Counted from the stretch's first letter, positions 29,429-40,329 are shown. The stretch is DNA of 64,000 nucleotides from an uncultured Gemmatimonadales bacterium (GCA_963695555.1 CAVOGR010000005.1:64001-128000); one strand, 5' to 3'. Made by a program: numbers and translations. The notes: a model not told the origin generated them from the letters alone.

Positions 29429-30143
29429 CCGCATCGTCGCAATCGACGGCCCGTCGGCCGCCGGCAAGTCGAGTACGGCACGCGCGGTGGCCGAAGCGCT
29501 GGGGTTCCTCCACCTGGACTCCGGGGCACTCTATCGCGGGGTCACGCTGGTGGCGATTGGCCCCGAGTCCGGAGGCACGCGGCCGCCGCGTGATATCGAT
29601 CCGACGGAGCTGGTGCAGGAGCTGGAGCGGCGTCGGCTCACCATGCGAGTTAACGGACCCAAGTTCAGCGTATACCTGGACGGCCGTTTGGTGGATGGCC
29701 CGATCCGGAGCCACGAGGTCACGCAATCGGTGTCGGAGGTGGCGGCGATCCCGCCGGTCAGAACCTGGGTCACGGCCCGGGTTCGAGAGCTCGCGGCTGA
29801 CCAGTCGGTCGTGGTGGACGGCCGGGACATCGGCTCCGTGGTGTTTCCCGATGCCGGCCTCAAGATCTTCCTCACTGCCTCTCCGACGACCCGGGCCAGG
29901 CGCCGCCTGCTTCAGCGTGGAGAGGGGGTATCGCGCGAGGGGGTGGAGCGGGAGGCCGACGCGCTGGTGGCCCGCGATTCGGCCGACGCGAGCCGGGACG
30001 TCGCCCCGCTGGCCCAGCCGCCCGACGCGGTCCCCGTGGACGGCACCCGGCTGAGCTTCGACGAGCAGGTGGAGGCCATCGCCGGCCATGCCCGGCGCGT
30101 ATTCGGGCTCCCCCCGGACGGGACCGGTCCGGGTGCTTGCTAA
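29421..30143 (+). CDS. cmk: Cytidylate kinase
   Basis: AIDGPSAAGKSS, LDSGALYR, DGRDIGSVVFPDA. Confidence 0.95.
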   Translation: MGSRIVAIDGPSAAGKSSTARAVAEALGFLHLDSGALYRGVTLVAIGPESGGTRPPRDIDPTELVQELERRRLTMRVNGPKFSVYLDGRLVDGPIRSHEVTQSVSEVAAIPPVRTWVTARVRELAADQSVVVDGRDIGSVVFPDAGLKIFLTASPTTRARRRLLQRGEGVSREGVEREADALVARDSADASRDVAPLAQPPDAVPVDGTRLSFDEQVEAIAGHARRVFGLPPDGTGPGAC

Positions 30144-30259
30144 GTCTCGATTTGCCCGTTAGTTATTCCGGCTACCTCGATGTCGGCACTCCGGTCGGCT
30201 CGAGCCTGTCACCTTTCCCCGAAGTCAGTCCGCTTCGGGACGAAGTCCGGGACACACCA

Positions 30260-32182
30260 ATGATGGTAAACCAAACCACCCCCCCCCCCGACACTGACGC
30301 GCCCGCAAAGACCGAGCGCATGCCCACCTCCGACGCCACGGCGCCGCTCACCCTCGTGCGGTCCGATCTGTACGATGAGGAGTACAGCGATCAGGACTAC
30401 GAGACGATGCTCGCCATGTATGAAGGAACCATGGCGTCCATCGCGGAAGGTGAGATCGTCAAGTCGAAGGTTTTGCGCGTAACGGACAACGCCGTCATCC
30501 TCGACCTGGGGTTCAAGTCGGAAGGATCGGTTGCCCTCGAGGAGTTCAAGGACGCCGGGTCCCTTCAAGAAGGCGATGAAGTCGAAGTCTTCCTCGAGAG
30601 CCTCGAGGATCAAGACGGTGCGGTCGTGCTGTCGAAGAAGAAGGCCGACTTCATGCGCGTCTGGGAGAAGATCCGAGAGGCCCATGAGGCGGATGAGCCG
30701 GTTGAGGGCACCTTGATGAAGAAGATCAAGGGCGGGGTGGTGGTCAACCTGATGGGGGTCGATGCCTTCCTGCCGGGCAGCCAGATCGCGCTTCGGCGGG
30801 TTCCCAACATCGACGAGCTGCTTGGCCAGTCCTATCAATTCAAAATCATCAAGCTCAACAAGCGGCGCCGCAATATCGTCGTCAGCCGTCGTGTGATTCT
30901 CGAGCACGAACGCGCCCACAAGCGCGAGTACCTCATGAAGGAGCTGGAGGTCGGCCAGGTCCGGAAGGGTGTCGTCAAGAACATCACGGACTTCGGTGCG
31001 TTCATCGACCTCGGTGGCGTCGACGGCCTGCTGCACATTACCGACATGTCGTACGGCCGCGTGGCCCACCCGAGCGAGTTGGTGCAGATCGGCTCGGAGG
31101 TCGACGTCAAGATCCTCGATATCGACTGGAACCGCGAGCGGATCAGTCTGGGCATGAAGCAGCTCCAGGACTACCCGTGGAAGGACGTCGCCCAGAAATA
31201 CCCGGTCGGCACGCGGGTCCAGGGCAAAGTGGTGTCGATCACCAACTACGGCGCCTTCGTCGAACTGGAGCCCGGGATCGAGGGCTTGGTTCACATTTCC
31301 GAAATGAGCTGGACCCGCAACGTCCGCCATCCTTCGAAGATCGTGAGCATTGGCGAAACGATCGAAGCCGTGGTGCTCAAGGTCGATGAGAGCGAGGAGA
31401 AGATCTCGCTCGGCATGAAGCAGACCGAGCAGGACCCCTGGATGGTCCTGCCGCTCAAGTATCCGGTCGGCACCAAGATCAGCGGTAAGGTGCGGAATCT
31501 GACCAGTTTCGGTGCCTTCGTGGAAATCGAACCCGGCATCGACGGACTGATCCACATTTCCGATATGTCCTGGACGAAGCGAGTCCAGCATCCGTCGGAG
31601 ATCGTCAAGAAGAACGACACGGTCGACGTCGTCGTCCTCAACATCGATCCCGATGCCAAGCGGATCTCGCTGGGGCTGAAGCAGGCGGAGGACGATCCGT
31701 GGCTCAAGATCGGCGAGACCATCCCGATCGGTACCGAGATGCGGGCCCGGGCAGTCCGGCTGATGGACAAGGGCGTCGTGGTGGATCTCGGCGACGACCT
31801 CGAAGGCTTCGTGCCGATGTCTCAGCTCGGTGTTCCGGACATCCAAGCCCCCGGGGACGCGGTGCAGGAGGGCCAGCCGGTCGACGTGAAGGTCCTCGAG
31901 GTCGATCCCATTCACCATCGGATCGTCGTCGCGGTGGTGGCATATCCGGATGAGCCGTTCGAGCCGTTGCCGCCTCGAGTGCCATACGTTGAGGACGAGG
32001 ACGCGGGCGACGACGACGCCGACGCCGACGAGCCAGATTCGAAGCCGGTCGCTGCCGCCGCCGATGCGCCCGCGGTCGAGGCAGCCGCCGAACCCGAGGC
32101 CGAGGCAGCCGCCGAACCCGAACCCGAGGCTGAGTCGGCCCCGGCGGGTGAAGCAGAGGAGCCGGAGGCGAAGCCCGAATAG
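30260..32182 (+). CDS. rpsA: 30S ribosomal protein S1 (start may be 30320)
   Basis: Six S1 repeats ([20 protein letters not shown] etc.); acidic Ala/Glu/Pro tail. Confidence 0.97.
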   Translation: MMVNQTTPPPDTDAPAKTERMPTSDATAPLTLVRSDLYDEEYSDQDYETMLAMYEGTMASIAEGEIVKSKVLRVTDNAVILDLGFKSEGSVALEEFKDAGSLQEGDEVEVFLESLEDQDGAVVLSKKKADFMRVWEKIREAHEADEPVEGTLMKKIKGGVVVNLMGVDAFLPGSQIALRRVPNIDELLGQSYQFKIIKLNKRRRNIVVSRRVILEHERAHKREYLMKELEVGQVRKGVVKNITDFGAFIDLGGVDGLLHITDMSYGRVAHPSELVQIGSEVDVKILDIDWNRERISLGMKQLQDYPWKDVAQKYPVGTRVQGKVVSITNYGAFVELEPGIEGLVHISEMSWTRNVRHPSKIVSIGETIEAVVLKVDESEEKISLGMKQTEQDPWMVLPLKYPVGTKISGKVRNLTSFGAFVEIEPGIDGLIHISDMSWTKRVQHPSEIVKKNDTVDVVVLNIDPDAKRISLGLKQAEDDPWLKIGETIPIGTEMRARAVRLMDKGVVVDLGDDLEGFVPMSQLGVPDIQAPGDAVQEGQPVDVKVLEVDPIHHRIVVAVVAYPDEPFEPLPPRVPYVEDEDAGDDDADADEPDSKPVAAAADAPAVEAAAEPEAEAAAEPEPEAESAPAGEAEEPEAKPE

Positions 32183-32203
32183 GGCGCGTTCCGATCCACG
32201 ATC

Positions 32204-32230
32204 AGGGGCCCCTCGATAGGGGCCCTTTTT
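32204..32230 (+). terminator. Intrinsic terminator after rpsA
   Basis: GGGCCCCT-CGAT-AGGGGCCC stem followed by TTTTT. Confidence 0.8.
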
Positions 32231-32295
32231 CCTTTGCCCCGGGCGCGTTCGCGCGTCTCACCTGCCGTGCTCGTGGCTGTTATATTGGGCCCACC

Positions 32296-33849
32296 ATGGC
32301 AACCCCACGCAAACTGCTCGAGGATCTCCAACACCGTCAGGCCCAAGCGGAATTGGGCGGCGGCGAAGCGCGAATTGTCAAACAGCACGGGAAAGGCAAG
32401 CTGACGGCGCGCGAACGGCTCGACCTCCTGCTCGACGAGGGAAGCTTCATCGAGCTGGACCGCTTCGTTACCCACCGGGCAACGGATTTCGATCTGGCCA
32501 ATGAGAAGTACTTGGGCGACGGCGTCGTCACCGGCTCGGGGTTGATTGACGGTCGACTGGTGTACGTGTTCTCCCAGGACTTCACCGTGTTCGGCGGGTC
32601 GCTCTCGGAGGCGCACGCGGAAAAGATCTGTAAGGTGATGGATCTCGCCGTGCGAAACGGCGCGCCCATTATCGGGCTGAATGACTCGGGCGGCGCCCGG
32701 ATCCAGGAAGGCGTGGTCTCGCTCGGCGGCTATGCCGACATCTTCCTGCGCAATACGCTGGCCTCTGGTGTGGTGCCACAGATTTCCGCCATCCTCGGCC
32801 CATGCGCCGGTGGCGCCGTCTACAGCCCCGCCATCACCGATTTCGTCCACATGGTCCGCGGCGTGAGCTACATGTTCGTTACCGGCCCGAACGTGGTGAA
32901 GACGGTGACCCATGAGGAGGTGACGTTCGAGGACTTGGGAGGCGCCGACATTCATGGCTCAACGTCCGGCGTGGCACACTTCGTTTCGGATAGCGAACCC
33001 GAATGTCTCGCTGCGATCCGGGATCTCGTGGGCTACCTGCCCAGCAACAACTTGGACGAGTCGCCCATCCACACGACAGCGGATCCCGTGGATCGCCGCG
33101 AAGAGTCCTTGCTCGAGCTGATTCCCGACAATCCCAACCAGCCGTACGACATGCATCAGGTGATCACCGCGGTGGTCGACGACGGCAAATTCCTCGAAGT
33201 GCATCAGGGATACGCCGGCAACATCCTCGTGGGATTTGCCCGACTCGGGGGTCGGTCGGTGGGTGTGGTCGCGAACCAGCCTGCCGTGCTTGCCGGAGTG
33301 CTCGATATCAACGCGTCGCTCAAAGGCGCCCGGTTCATTCGCTGCTGTGATGCCTTCAACATTCCGCTCGTCACCTTTGAAGACGTGCCTGGATTCCTGC
33401 CGGGGGTCGGTCAGGAACATGGTGGGATCATCAAGCACGGTGCCAAGTTGCTCTACGCGTACTGTGAGGCGACGGTGCCGAAGCTTACGGTGATCACGCG
33501 CAAGGCCTACGGCGGGGCCTACGACGTGATGAGCTCGAAACACATCCGAGGCGACCTCAACCTGGGGTGGCCGACCGCCGAGATCGCTGTGATGGGCCCG
33601 AAGGGGGCGGTCGAGATCCTGTTCAAGGACGATATCCGGAGCGCCAAGGACCCCAGCGCCGAGACCGACCGGCGGATCGCCGAATACAAGGAGCGCTTCG
33701 CCAATCCGTACCTCGCGGCGGCGCGGGGGTATCTGGACGACGTCATCGATCCGCGGGAGACGAGGCCCCGGCTCATCGCCGGCCTGCGGCGGCTCGTGAC
33801 CAAGCGGGACAAGAACCCTCCGAAGAAGCACGGCAATCTCCCCCTGTGA
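32296..33849 (+). CDS. pccB: Acyl-CoA (propionyl-CoA) carboxylase carboxyltransferase subunit
   Basis: [54 protein letters not shown]. Confidence 0.92.
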   Translation: MATPRKLLEDLQHRQAQAELGGGEARIVKQHGKGKLTARERLDLLLDEGSFIELDRFVTHRATDFDLANEKYLGDGVVTGSGLIDGRLVYVFSQDFTVFGGSLSEAHAEKICKVMDLAVRNGAPIIGLNDSGGARIQEGVVSLGGYADIFLRNTLASGVVPQISAILGPCAGGAVYSPAITDFVHMVRGVSYMFVTGPNVVKTVTHEEVTFEDLGGADIHGSTSGVAHFVSDSEPECLAAIRDLVGYLPSNNLDESPIHTTADPVDRREESLLELIPDNPNQPYDMHQVITAVVDDGKFLEVHQGYAGNILVGFARLGGRSVGVVANQPAVLAGVLDINASLKGARFIRCCDAFNIPLVTFEDVPGFLPGVGQEHGGIIKHGAKLLYAYCEATVPKLTVITRKAYGGAYDVMSSKHIRGDLNLGWPTAEIAVMGPKGAVEILFKDDIRSAKDPSAETDRRIAEYKERFANPYLAAARGYLDDVIDPRETRPRLIAGLRRLVTKRDKNPPKKHGNLPL

Positions 33850-33906
33850 AGGCCTCCAGATCTGGGACGTCCCCCTGGCCAACCAGAGGAAAACAACGCA
33901 TTTTAT

Positions 33907-34941
33907 ATGGTTGATCCCACCTCGGGGCCGCATGGCATGATGACCGGCGACAGGAAGGACCGTAACGCATTCCCATGGCAGGCTTTGGCCATGGCTGGCA
34001 CCCTGGTGCTGGCCGGGGCCGGCAGCGTTGATGCCCAGGGAGCGGTGGACCCCAACGTGGTCCCCCGGGCCACGGCGTTGGTACGGGAAGGACGCCGGAT
34101 GGATGCGACGGAACTCCTGGGTCACTATTTGGCCACCGCACCGGGAGACGGGCGCGCCTGGTTTCATCTGGGTCGGCTCTACCTGCTCGGGGCGCGCGAC
34201 TGGCACGTGACGGGACACACGGGGGAACCGTCCGGTCTCCTGCTGCTCGATCTGTCCGCCGTTGCGCTCGATCAAGCGCTCCAACTCAACATCGACTCGA
34301 GCATCGTGTTCCGCGGCATGGTCGACATGGATCGCGACCTCATCGCGCTGGAGCGTGATGGGTGGGAGGCGGTGCGCGATCGCCGCCTGGCGATGGAGCG
34401 CTTCCGGATGCCCGATTACTTGCTGGAACTTGGCGTCAATCTCCTGGGATCGTGTCCGGCGAATGGCGTGATCGTGACCGGCAGCGATCTCGAGACCGTC
34501 GCCGTGTGGTACGCATCGGTCGAGCGAGGCGTCCGCAAGGATGTCCTGCCTCTGGTGCCCAAGTTGTACGCGACAGACTCGTTATACCGGAATCAGATGG
34601 CTCTGGCGTTTGACGTCGACCGCTCGTGGCCGGTGCAACGGGCGCTGGTCAAGGTGGCGGAGCGTCGACCCCTGTGCCTGACGCCGTTCGCCGAGCGGGC
34701 CGCAGCACCGCTTCCGGAGTGGCGGCCGATGCGCCTTGTGATCGCCGGTGGTGCGCACGTCACCCTCACCGATGATGTCCTCACGGTGACCAGTCTGCTG
34801 CGCGAACTCAGGAACCATGGCTCGGTCTGGAGCGAAGGTGCGCGCGCCATCTATGCCCAGGCCGCCAAGGAGAACATCCTCCTCTGCCGCGGAATCATTG
34901 CAGTTTTAGGAGAGCCCTTACCTCCCGCATGCGGCCAATAA
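33907..34941 (+). CDS. Exported protein with N-terminal TPR-like helices (start uncertain)
   Basis: Signal-like LAMAGTLVLAGAGSVDA-Q; PGDGRAWFHLGRLYL TPR-like. Confidence 0.7.
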   Translation: MVDPTSGPHGMMTGDRKDRNAFPWQALAMAGTLVLAGAGSVDAQGAVDPNVVPRATALVREGRRMDATELLGHYLATAPGDGRAWFHLGRLYLLGARDWHVTGHTGEPSGLLLLDLSAVALDQALQLNIDSSIVFRGMVDMDRDLIALERDGWEAVRDRRLAMERFRMPDYLLELGVNLLGSCPANGVIVTGSDLETVAVWYASVERGVRKDVLPLVPKLYATDSLYRNQMALAFDVDRSWPVQRALVKVAERRPLCLTPFAERAAAPLPEWRPMRLVIAGGAHVTLTDDVLTVTSLLRELRNHGSVWSEGARAIYAQAAKENILLCRGIIAVLGEPLPPACGQ

Positions 34942-36437
34942 GCCGCATCCTCATCGCCAATCGCGGCGAGATCGCCCGTCGCATCATCCGTGCATGCCAT
35001 GAAGAAGGTCTGGAAGCGGTCGCCGTGTATTCGGACGCCGACCGGAATAGCCTGCATGTGCGCGCCGCCGATTTCGCGGTACCCATCGGCCCCGCAGCCC
35101 CGGCCGAGAGCTACCTCCGGATCGATCGTCTGATCGAGGCCGCACGCCAAATCGGAGCACAGGCCATTCATCCCGGCTATGGCTTCTTGGCCGAGCGCGC
35201 CGCGTTCGCCCAAGCGGTCCTGGACGCCGGCCTCGGCTTCGTCGGGCCGGGTCCGGAAGCCATGCGGGCGCTCGGCGACAAAACCGAGGCGCGCCGGCGA
35301 ATGGCCGAGGCCGGCGTGCCGATCGTGCCGGGCACGACCGAACCCATCACCAGCGCGGCCCAAGCGGAGCAGGCGGCCCAATCGCTGGGTTATCCGGTCA
35401 TGGTCAAGGCGGCGGCCGGGGGTGGCGGGAAGGGCATGCGGGTGGTGGGATCGGCCCGGGAGCTGCCCGGTGCCATCGAGACCGCGCGCTCGGAAGCGCG
35501 CAAAGCCTTTGGCGACGATACGACCTATCTGGAGAAGTTCATCGTCCGGCCGCGCCACGTCGAAGTGCAAATCCTCGCCGACGGCGAGCGCACAATTCAC
35601 CTCGGCGAGCGGGAGTGCTCCATCCAGCGCCGGCACCAGAAACTGGTGGAGGAATCGCCGTCGGTTGCCGTGTCGGCCGAGCTGCGCGAGCGCATGGGAC
35701 AGGCGGGCGTGGCCGCGGCGAGGGCGGTCGGGTATGTCGGGGCCGGCACCTGCGAGTTCCTCCTGGCGGAGGATGGGTCGTTCTACTTCCTCGAGATGAA
35801 TACGCGCATCCAGGTGGAACACCCGGTGACGGAACTCGTGCTCGGGGTCGATTTGGTTCGTGAGCAGCTTCGCATCGTGCGAGGGCTCCCGATGACGCCA
35901 ACCGACGGCCCGCATGTGCCGAGGGGGTGGGCCATCGAATGCCGGATCACGTCGGAAGACCCGTCCCACGGGTTTCTGCCGTCCACCGGGCGCATTCGGT
36001 TTCTCCGGGCGCCGTCGGGGCCGGGAGTGCGCTGGGACGGCGGCGTCGAAACCGGCGACGAGGTGACTCTCTTCTACGATTCTCTCCTTGGCAAGCTCAT
36101 TGTCTGGGCTCCAGACCGGCCCCAGGCGATTCGGCGCATGCAGCGCGCCCTGAACGAACTCCTCGTCCTCGGAGTGGGGACCAATCAGGGTTTCCACCGA
36201 AGTCTCTTGGCCGACCCGGCATTTCAAGCCGGCGAGATCGACATTCAATTCCTCGACCGCCGTCCCGACTTGCTCACGCCGCCGCACGATCCCGAATTGA
36301 TGGTGGTTATTGCCGTAGCGGCGGCATTGGCGGAAGACGAGGCCCGGCGCTCCTGGGCGCCGATCGTGTCCGGGGGCGAGACCAAGGCCGCCCCATCTGC
36401 CTGGACCCACGCGGCTCGGCGGGATGCCCTCCGATGA
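34929..36437 (+). CDS. accC: Biotin carboxylase subunit
   Basis: ILIANRGEIA, HPGYGFLAE, GGGGKGMR, RECSIQRRHQK, EMNTRIQVEHPVTE. Confidence 0.93.
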   Translation: MRPISRILIANRGEIARRIIRACHEEGLEAVAVYSDADRNSLHVRAADFAVPIGPAAPAESYLRIDRLIEAARQIGAQAIHPGYGFLAERAAFAQAVLDAGLGFVGPGPEAMRALGDKTEARRRMAEAGVPIVPGTTEPITSAAQAEQAAQSLGYPVMVKAAAGGGGKGMRVVGSARELPGAIETARSEARKAFGDDTTYLEKFIVRPRHVEVQILADGERTIHLGERECSIQRRHQKLVEESPSVAVSAELRERMGQAGVAAARAVGYVGAGTCEFLLAEDGSFYFLEMNTRIQVEHPVTELVLGVDLVREQLRIVRGLPMTPTDGPHVPRGWAIECRITSEDPSHGFLPSTGRIRFLRAPSGPGVRWDGGVETGDEVTLFYDSLLGKLIVWAPDRPQAIRRMQRALNELLVLGVGTNQGFHRSLLADPAFQAGEIDIQFLDRRPDLLTPPHDPELMVVIAVAAALAEDEARRSWAPIVSGGETKAAPSAWTHAARRDALR

Positions 36438-37714
36438 TGGAAACCGAAGCCAACCCTACCCCACTCAACACGGCCGAGGTCGAGCCGGTCGAGATTCTCC
36501 GCCTGGCCGCAGGCGGCGACGGGGTTGGGCGTTGGGGAGATGGGCGGGCCGTGTTTGTACCGCGGACGGCACCCGGCGACGTGGTCGAGGTCGTGGCTCA
36601 TCGAGTCTACCGGCGGCGCATTGCCGGCCGCGTGCGGCGCGTCATCTCGGCCGGAGCGGGTCGGGTGAGCCCGCGATGCGCGCATTACGCCGGTGATGGC
36701 TGCGGCGGCTGCCAGTTGCAACACGTCGATCTCCCGATTCAGCACCAGGCAAAGAGCGCCATGGTGGGTGATGCCCTGCGCCGCATAGGCAAGATCGACT
36801 GGCCGGATCCGGAGGTCGTGTCGGACGGCGCACCGTGGGCCTACCGCAACAAGATCACGTTGGCGCGGACGGCGTCGGGGGACGGATTCGGCTTTCACCG
36901 CTGGGATCGTCCCGATCAGGTGTTCAAGCTCCGCCGCTGCGAGATCGCCGCGGCCGACCTCAATGTGCTCTGGACCACGGTCCTGCAGCATCTGGACGCC
37001 ATTCCACCGACCGTCGACCGGATGGTGCTGCGGCTCGACCGCGACGGGGCCCGCCACGTCGTGGCCTACGCCGCCGCGGGTGGCGACTGGGCTCGGGCCG
37101 CTCAACTGGCGTCGGCGCTCGAGGCCGATGGCCTTCCGACCAGCGTGTGGTACGAGCCGGCTGGTGGATCTGTGCGGCTGCTCGCCGGGCCCGGCAGCGA
37201 TCATCGGGCAACGGTATTCGAGCAGGTCAACTCGGCGATGGGTGCCCGGGTCCGGCGGGACGCGATAGCTGAGCTCGGGTCCGTGACGGGCCGGCATGTG
37301 TGGGATCTCTATGCCGGGGTGGGGGACGCAAGCCGTCTCCTGGCCGAAGCCGGCGCCACGGTCGAGGCGGTCGAGCGCGATCCGCTTGCGGACGAGGCCA
37401 GGCAAGCGGCGGGCGGCCTGCCGATTACCTGGTACCAAGGTGAGGTCGAGACGATGCTCGCCGTGCTCAGGCCGAGCGACCATGTCCTCCTGAACCCGCC
37501 GAGAACGGGGCTCAGCCGCGTGGCTAGCGGGCGATTAGCGGATCGCGGCCCCAGGCGGATCGTCTATGTGTCGTGTGATCCCGCCACCCTGGCGCGGGAC
37601 CTCGGCCACCTCGTGGCATGTGGTGCCGGCTACCAGGTCACCCACGTGCGGGCCTACGATCTCTTCCCCCAGACGGCCCACGTCGAGATCGTGGCCCGGG
37701 TCGATCGTCCATGA
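36434..37714 (+). CDS. TRAM-domain RNA (uracil-C5) methyltransferase, RlmD/TrmA family
   Basis: C.HY...CGGC, FEQVN, DLYAGVG, NPPR.G, YVSCDPATLARD, DLFPQTAHVE. Confidence 0.9.
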   Translation: MMETEANPTPLNTAEVEPVEILRLAAGGDGVGRWGDGRAVFVPRTAPGDVVEVVAHRVYRRRIAGRVRRVISAGAGRVSPRCAHYAGDGCGGCQLQHVDLPIQHQAKSAMVGDALRRIGKIDWPDPEVVSDGAPWAYRNKITLARTASGDGFGFHRWDRPDQVFKLRRCEIAAADLNVLWTTVLQHLDAIPPTVDRMVLRLDRDGARHVVAYAAAGGDWARAAQLASALEADGLPTSVWYEPAGGSVRLLAGPGSDHRATVFEQVNSAMGARVRRDAIAELGSVTGRHVWDLYAGVGDASRLLAEAGATVEAVERDPLADEARQAAGGLPITWYQGEVETMLAVLRPSDHVLLNPPRTGLSRVASGRLADRGPRRIVYVSCDPATLARDLGHLVACGAGYQVTHVRAYDLFPQTAHVEIVARVDRP

Positions 37715-38238
37715 AGTACTATGTGACGGTTGGCGACCGAGAGATCGTGGTCGAAGTCGACGGCAACACCGTCTCGGTCGACGGCCGCGCCGCCAAGGCC
37801 GAACTCACGGTGGTGCCGGGGACGCCGTTGCGCCAGCTGTTCTTCGACGGCCGATGTTTCGTCCTGTCGGTGTCGGGAGGGGGCAGGGGTGTCTGGGTGA
37901 TGGGCCGCCACGGTGAGGTGTGGGAGTCGGAGGCGCTCGACGAGCGCACCCGGCACATTCGGACCCTGACGGGCGCGGGTCAGGGCCGCCGCGGGGGCGG
38001 AACGATCCGGGCCCCCATGCCGGGGCTCGTGGTTCGGGTGCTGGTGGAGCCTGGACAGGCCGTGGAGGAGGGGACTGGGGTGGTGGTGCTCGAGGCCATG
38101 AAGATGGAGAACGAGCTTCGGGCGGCGGGCCCGGGGGTGGTCCGGGCGGTGCGGGTGGAGGCCGGGATGGCGGTGGAGAAGGGGGAAGTCCTGGTCGAGC
38201 TGGTGGAGGATGCCGATGGGCCGGCCGGGCCCGCTTGA
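37711..38238 (+). CDS. Biotin carboxyl carrier protein
   Basis: RAPMPG...LEAMKMENEL. Confidence 0.92.
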   Translation: MKYYVTVGDREIVVEVDGNTVSVDGRAAKAELTVVPGTPLRQLFFDGRCFVLSVSGGGRGVWVMGRHGEVWESEALDERTRHIRTLTGAGQGRRGGGTIRAPMPGLVVRVLVEPGQAVEEGTGVVVLEAMKMENELRAAGPGVVRAVRVEAGMAVEKGEVLVELVEDADGPAGPA

Positions 38239-38264
38239 CCCTGCGGCGTTCAGGCGGCTATCTT
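38235..38264 (+). promoter_or_regulatory. Sigma70-like promoter of rplM-rpsI
   Basis: TTGACC-N18-TATCTT. Confidence 0.55.
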
Positions 38265-38310
38265 GTCGGTCTGTCTTGGTTTACCTCTTTTCGACCGAGG
38301 GCTGGAAAGC

Positions 38311-38766
38311 GTGAGCAAGACCTTTACCGCAACACCGCGTGACATAACTCATCAGTGGCATGTGGTCGATGCGAAGGACGTCCCATTGGGGCGGCTCGCA
38401 TCGGTCGTCGCGCAACTGATCCGGGGCAAGCACAAGCCCACCTTCACCCCGCACATGGACGGGGGCGATTTCGTGGTGGTGGTGAATGCGGAGAAGGTGC
38501 GGTTGTCGGGGCGGAAGCTCGATCAGAAGCGGTACTTCTCTCACAGCGGGTACATGGGGAACGAGAAGCACACGCCGGTCCGGAGCGTGCTCGCGAAACA
38601 CCCCGAGCGCGTGATCGAGCGGGCGGTGTTCGGGATGTTGCCCAAGACGTCGCTGGCCAAGCAGCATTTGCGCAAGAAACTCAAGGTGTATGCCGGGACC
38701 GAGCACCCGCATCAGGCGCAGCAGCCGGTGCCGTTTCCCATTCAGACTAGCCAGGTACGCTCATGA
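38311..38766 (+). CDS. rplM: 50S ribosomal protein L13
   Basis: WHVVDA...LGRLAS...[15 protein letters not shown]. Confidence 0.97.
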   Translation: MSKTFTATPRDITHQWHVVDAKDVPLGRLASVVAQLIRGKHKPTFTPHMDGGDFVVVVNAEKVRLSGRKLDQKRYFSHSGYMGNEKHTPVRSVLAKHPERVIERAVFGMLPKTSLAKQHLRKKLKVYAGTEHPHQAQQPVPFPIQTSQVRS

Positions 38767-39170
38767 CGGCAGCAGGAACTGAAGAATTTCGGTGGCAAGC
38801 GGTCGGGCGAAGGAAGACCAGCGTCGCGCGGGTCTATTTGACGCCAGGGACCGGCAAGTGGAATGTCAACGGGCGCACGCTTGGCGACTACTTTCCGCGA
38901 TCCTCGTTGGTCCAGCACATTCAGCAGTCCTTTGCGGCCACGGACACGTTGGGGGCGTTTGACGTCAAGGCCCATGTCGAGGGCGGCGGACCTTCGGGCC
39001 AGGCCGGCGCCATGCGATTGGCCATCGCGCGCGCCTTGCTGCGTGCGGATGACACGCACCGGGCCAAGCTGAGGGCGGCCGGGTTGTTGACGCGCGACGC
39101 CCGCATGGTGGAACGAAAGAAGCCCGGTCAGCCGGGAGCGCGGAAGCGCTTCCAATTCTCGAAGCGGTAG
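38763..39170 (+). CDS. rpsI: 30S ribosomal protein S9
   Basis: [10 protein letters not shown]...ERKKPG...[10 protein letters not shown]. Confidence 0.97.
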   Translation: MTAAGTEEFRWQAVGRRKTSVARVYLTPGTGKWNVNGRTLGDYFPRSSLVQHIQQSFAATDTLGAFDVKAHVEGGGPSGQAGAMRLAIARALLRADDTHRAKLRAAGLLTRDARMVERKKPGQPGARKRFQFSKR

Positions 39171-39202
39171 CGGCGAAGCGGCGGGACACCGCCGCGTCGC
39201 AC

Positions 39203-39283
39203 CACACACATCGCGGGATTCCGATCGGGGTGCCCTCGCGGGGGTCGGATCGGAGCGCGAACGCGATGGCGGACGAACCCTAA
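39203..39283 (+). ncRNA. rpsB leader RNA (t44 / S2 leader-like)
   Basis: CACACAC 5' end, CGGGGTGCC...GGGTCG core, ATCGCG/CGCGAT outer stem, TGGCGG...AACCC 3' end, directly before rpsB. Confidence 0.7.
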
Positions 39284-39307
39284 TTCAGACGGGAACAGCA
39301 GACACGC

Positions 39308-40234
39308 ATGACACAGCCGCAGTTGCAAGACCTCCTCGAAGCCGGTGTGCATTTCGGGCACCAGACTCGTCGCTGGAATCCCAAGATGCGCCGGTTCATC
39401 TTCGCGGAACGTTCCGGCATTTACATCATCGATCTCCAGAAGACGCTCCGGCAGGTCAAGGCGGCGCAGGAGCTTCTCGAAAACGTGGTGATGCGTGGCG
39501 ACGGGGTGCTGTTCGTCTGTACCAAGCGCCAGCTCAAGGGCGTGGTCGAGGCGTCCGCCCGCGACGCCGGGGCCTATTGGGTCACCGAGCGGTGGCTGGG
39601 CGGTACGCTGACCAACTTCCAGACGATCAAGCGGCAGATCCACCGGCTGCGCGTGCTGGAGCAAGGCGCGGCGGAAGGGGAATTTGAGAACTACACCAAG
39701 AAGGAACGGCTCCTGTTCGAGCGCGAAAAGGTGAAGCTCAGCCGCAACCTCGAAGGGATCAAGCTGATGGGCCGGCTGCCCGGCGCGCTCTTCGTGGTGG
39801 ATGCGAAGAAGGAGCGGATCGCGGTGGCGGAGGCCAACAAACTCGGGATTCCCGTCGTGGCGATCGTTGATACCAACGCCGATCCCGATGTCATCACCGT
39901 GCCGATTCCCGGCAACGATGATGCGATCCGGAGCGTCTCCGTGATCACCGACGCCCTCGCGGGCGTGATCAAGGAGGCCCGTGGCAAGATGCCGATTCGC
40001 GAGTCCGTGGAAGACCTCGAAGCGGAGACGTACAGCACGGATGCCGGGACGGAGGGTGACGTCGACTCGGAGCGCCGCCGCCGCCGGCCGCGGAGGAAGC
40101 GTCGGCCCAAGCCCGAGGCCATCGCGGCGCGGCTCAAGTCGGAGTCGGAGCCTGCGGGCACGAGCGACGCGGCTGCCGAGCCCGAGCCGAAGAAGGCTGC
40201 CACCGCCCCCTCGGTGGCGAATTCCGAAACGTAG
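39308..40234 (+). CDS. rpsB: 30S ribosomal protein S2
   Basis: LLEAGVHFGHQTRRWNPKM; RWLGGTLTN; PGNDDAIRS. Confidence 0.98.
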   Translation: MTQPQLQDLLEAGVHFGHQTRRWNPKMRRFIFAERSGIYIIDLQKTLRQVKAAQELLENVVMRGDGVLFVCTKRQLKGVVEASARDAGAYWVTERWLGGTLTNFQTIKRQIHRLRVLEQGAAEGEFENYTKKERLLFEREKVKLSRNLEGIKLMGRLPGALFVVDAKKERIAVAEANKLGIPVVAIVDTNADPDVITVPIPGNDDAIRSVSVITDALAGVIKEARGKMPIRESVEDLEAETYSTDAGTEGDVDSERRRRRPRRKRRPKPEAIAARLKSESEPAGTSDAAAEPEPKKAATAPSVANSET

Positions 40235-40261
40235 TCGGGGACGAGGTTTATGGTGCCGGAT

Positions 40262-40302
40262 CCGCCGCCGCTGCCCGCTCTCGGGCCGCGGGCGGCGGTT
40301 TT
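40262..40302 (+). terminator. Hairpin/attenuator between rpsB and tsf
   Basis: CCGCCGCCGCTGCCCG-CTCT-CGGGCCGCGGGCGGCGG followed by TTTT. Confidence 0.55.
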
Positions 40303-40329
40303 CCTATCGCAACGTTGATTCGAGGACCG

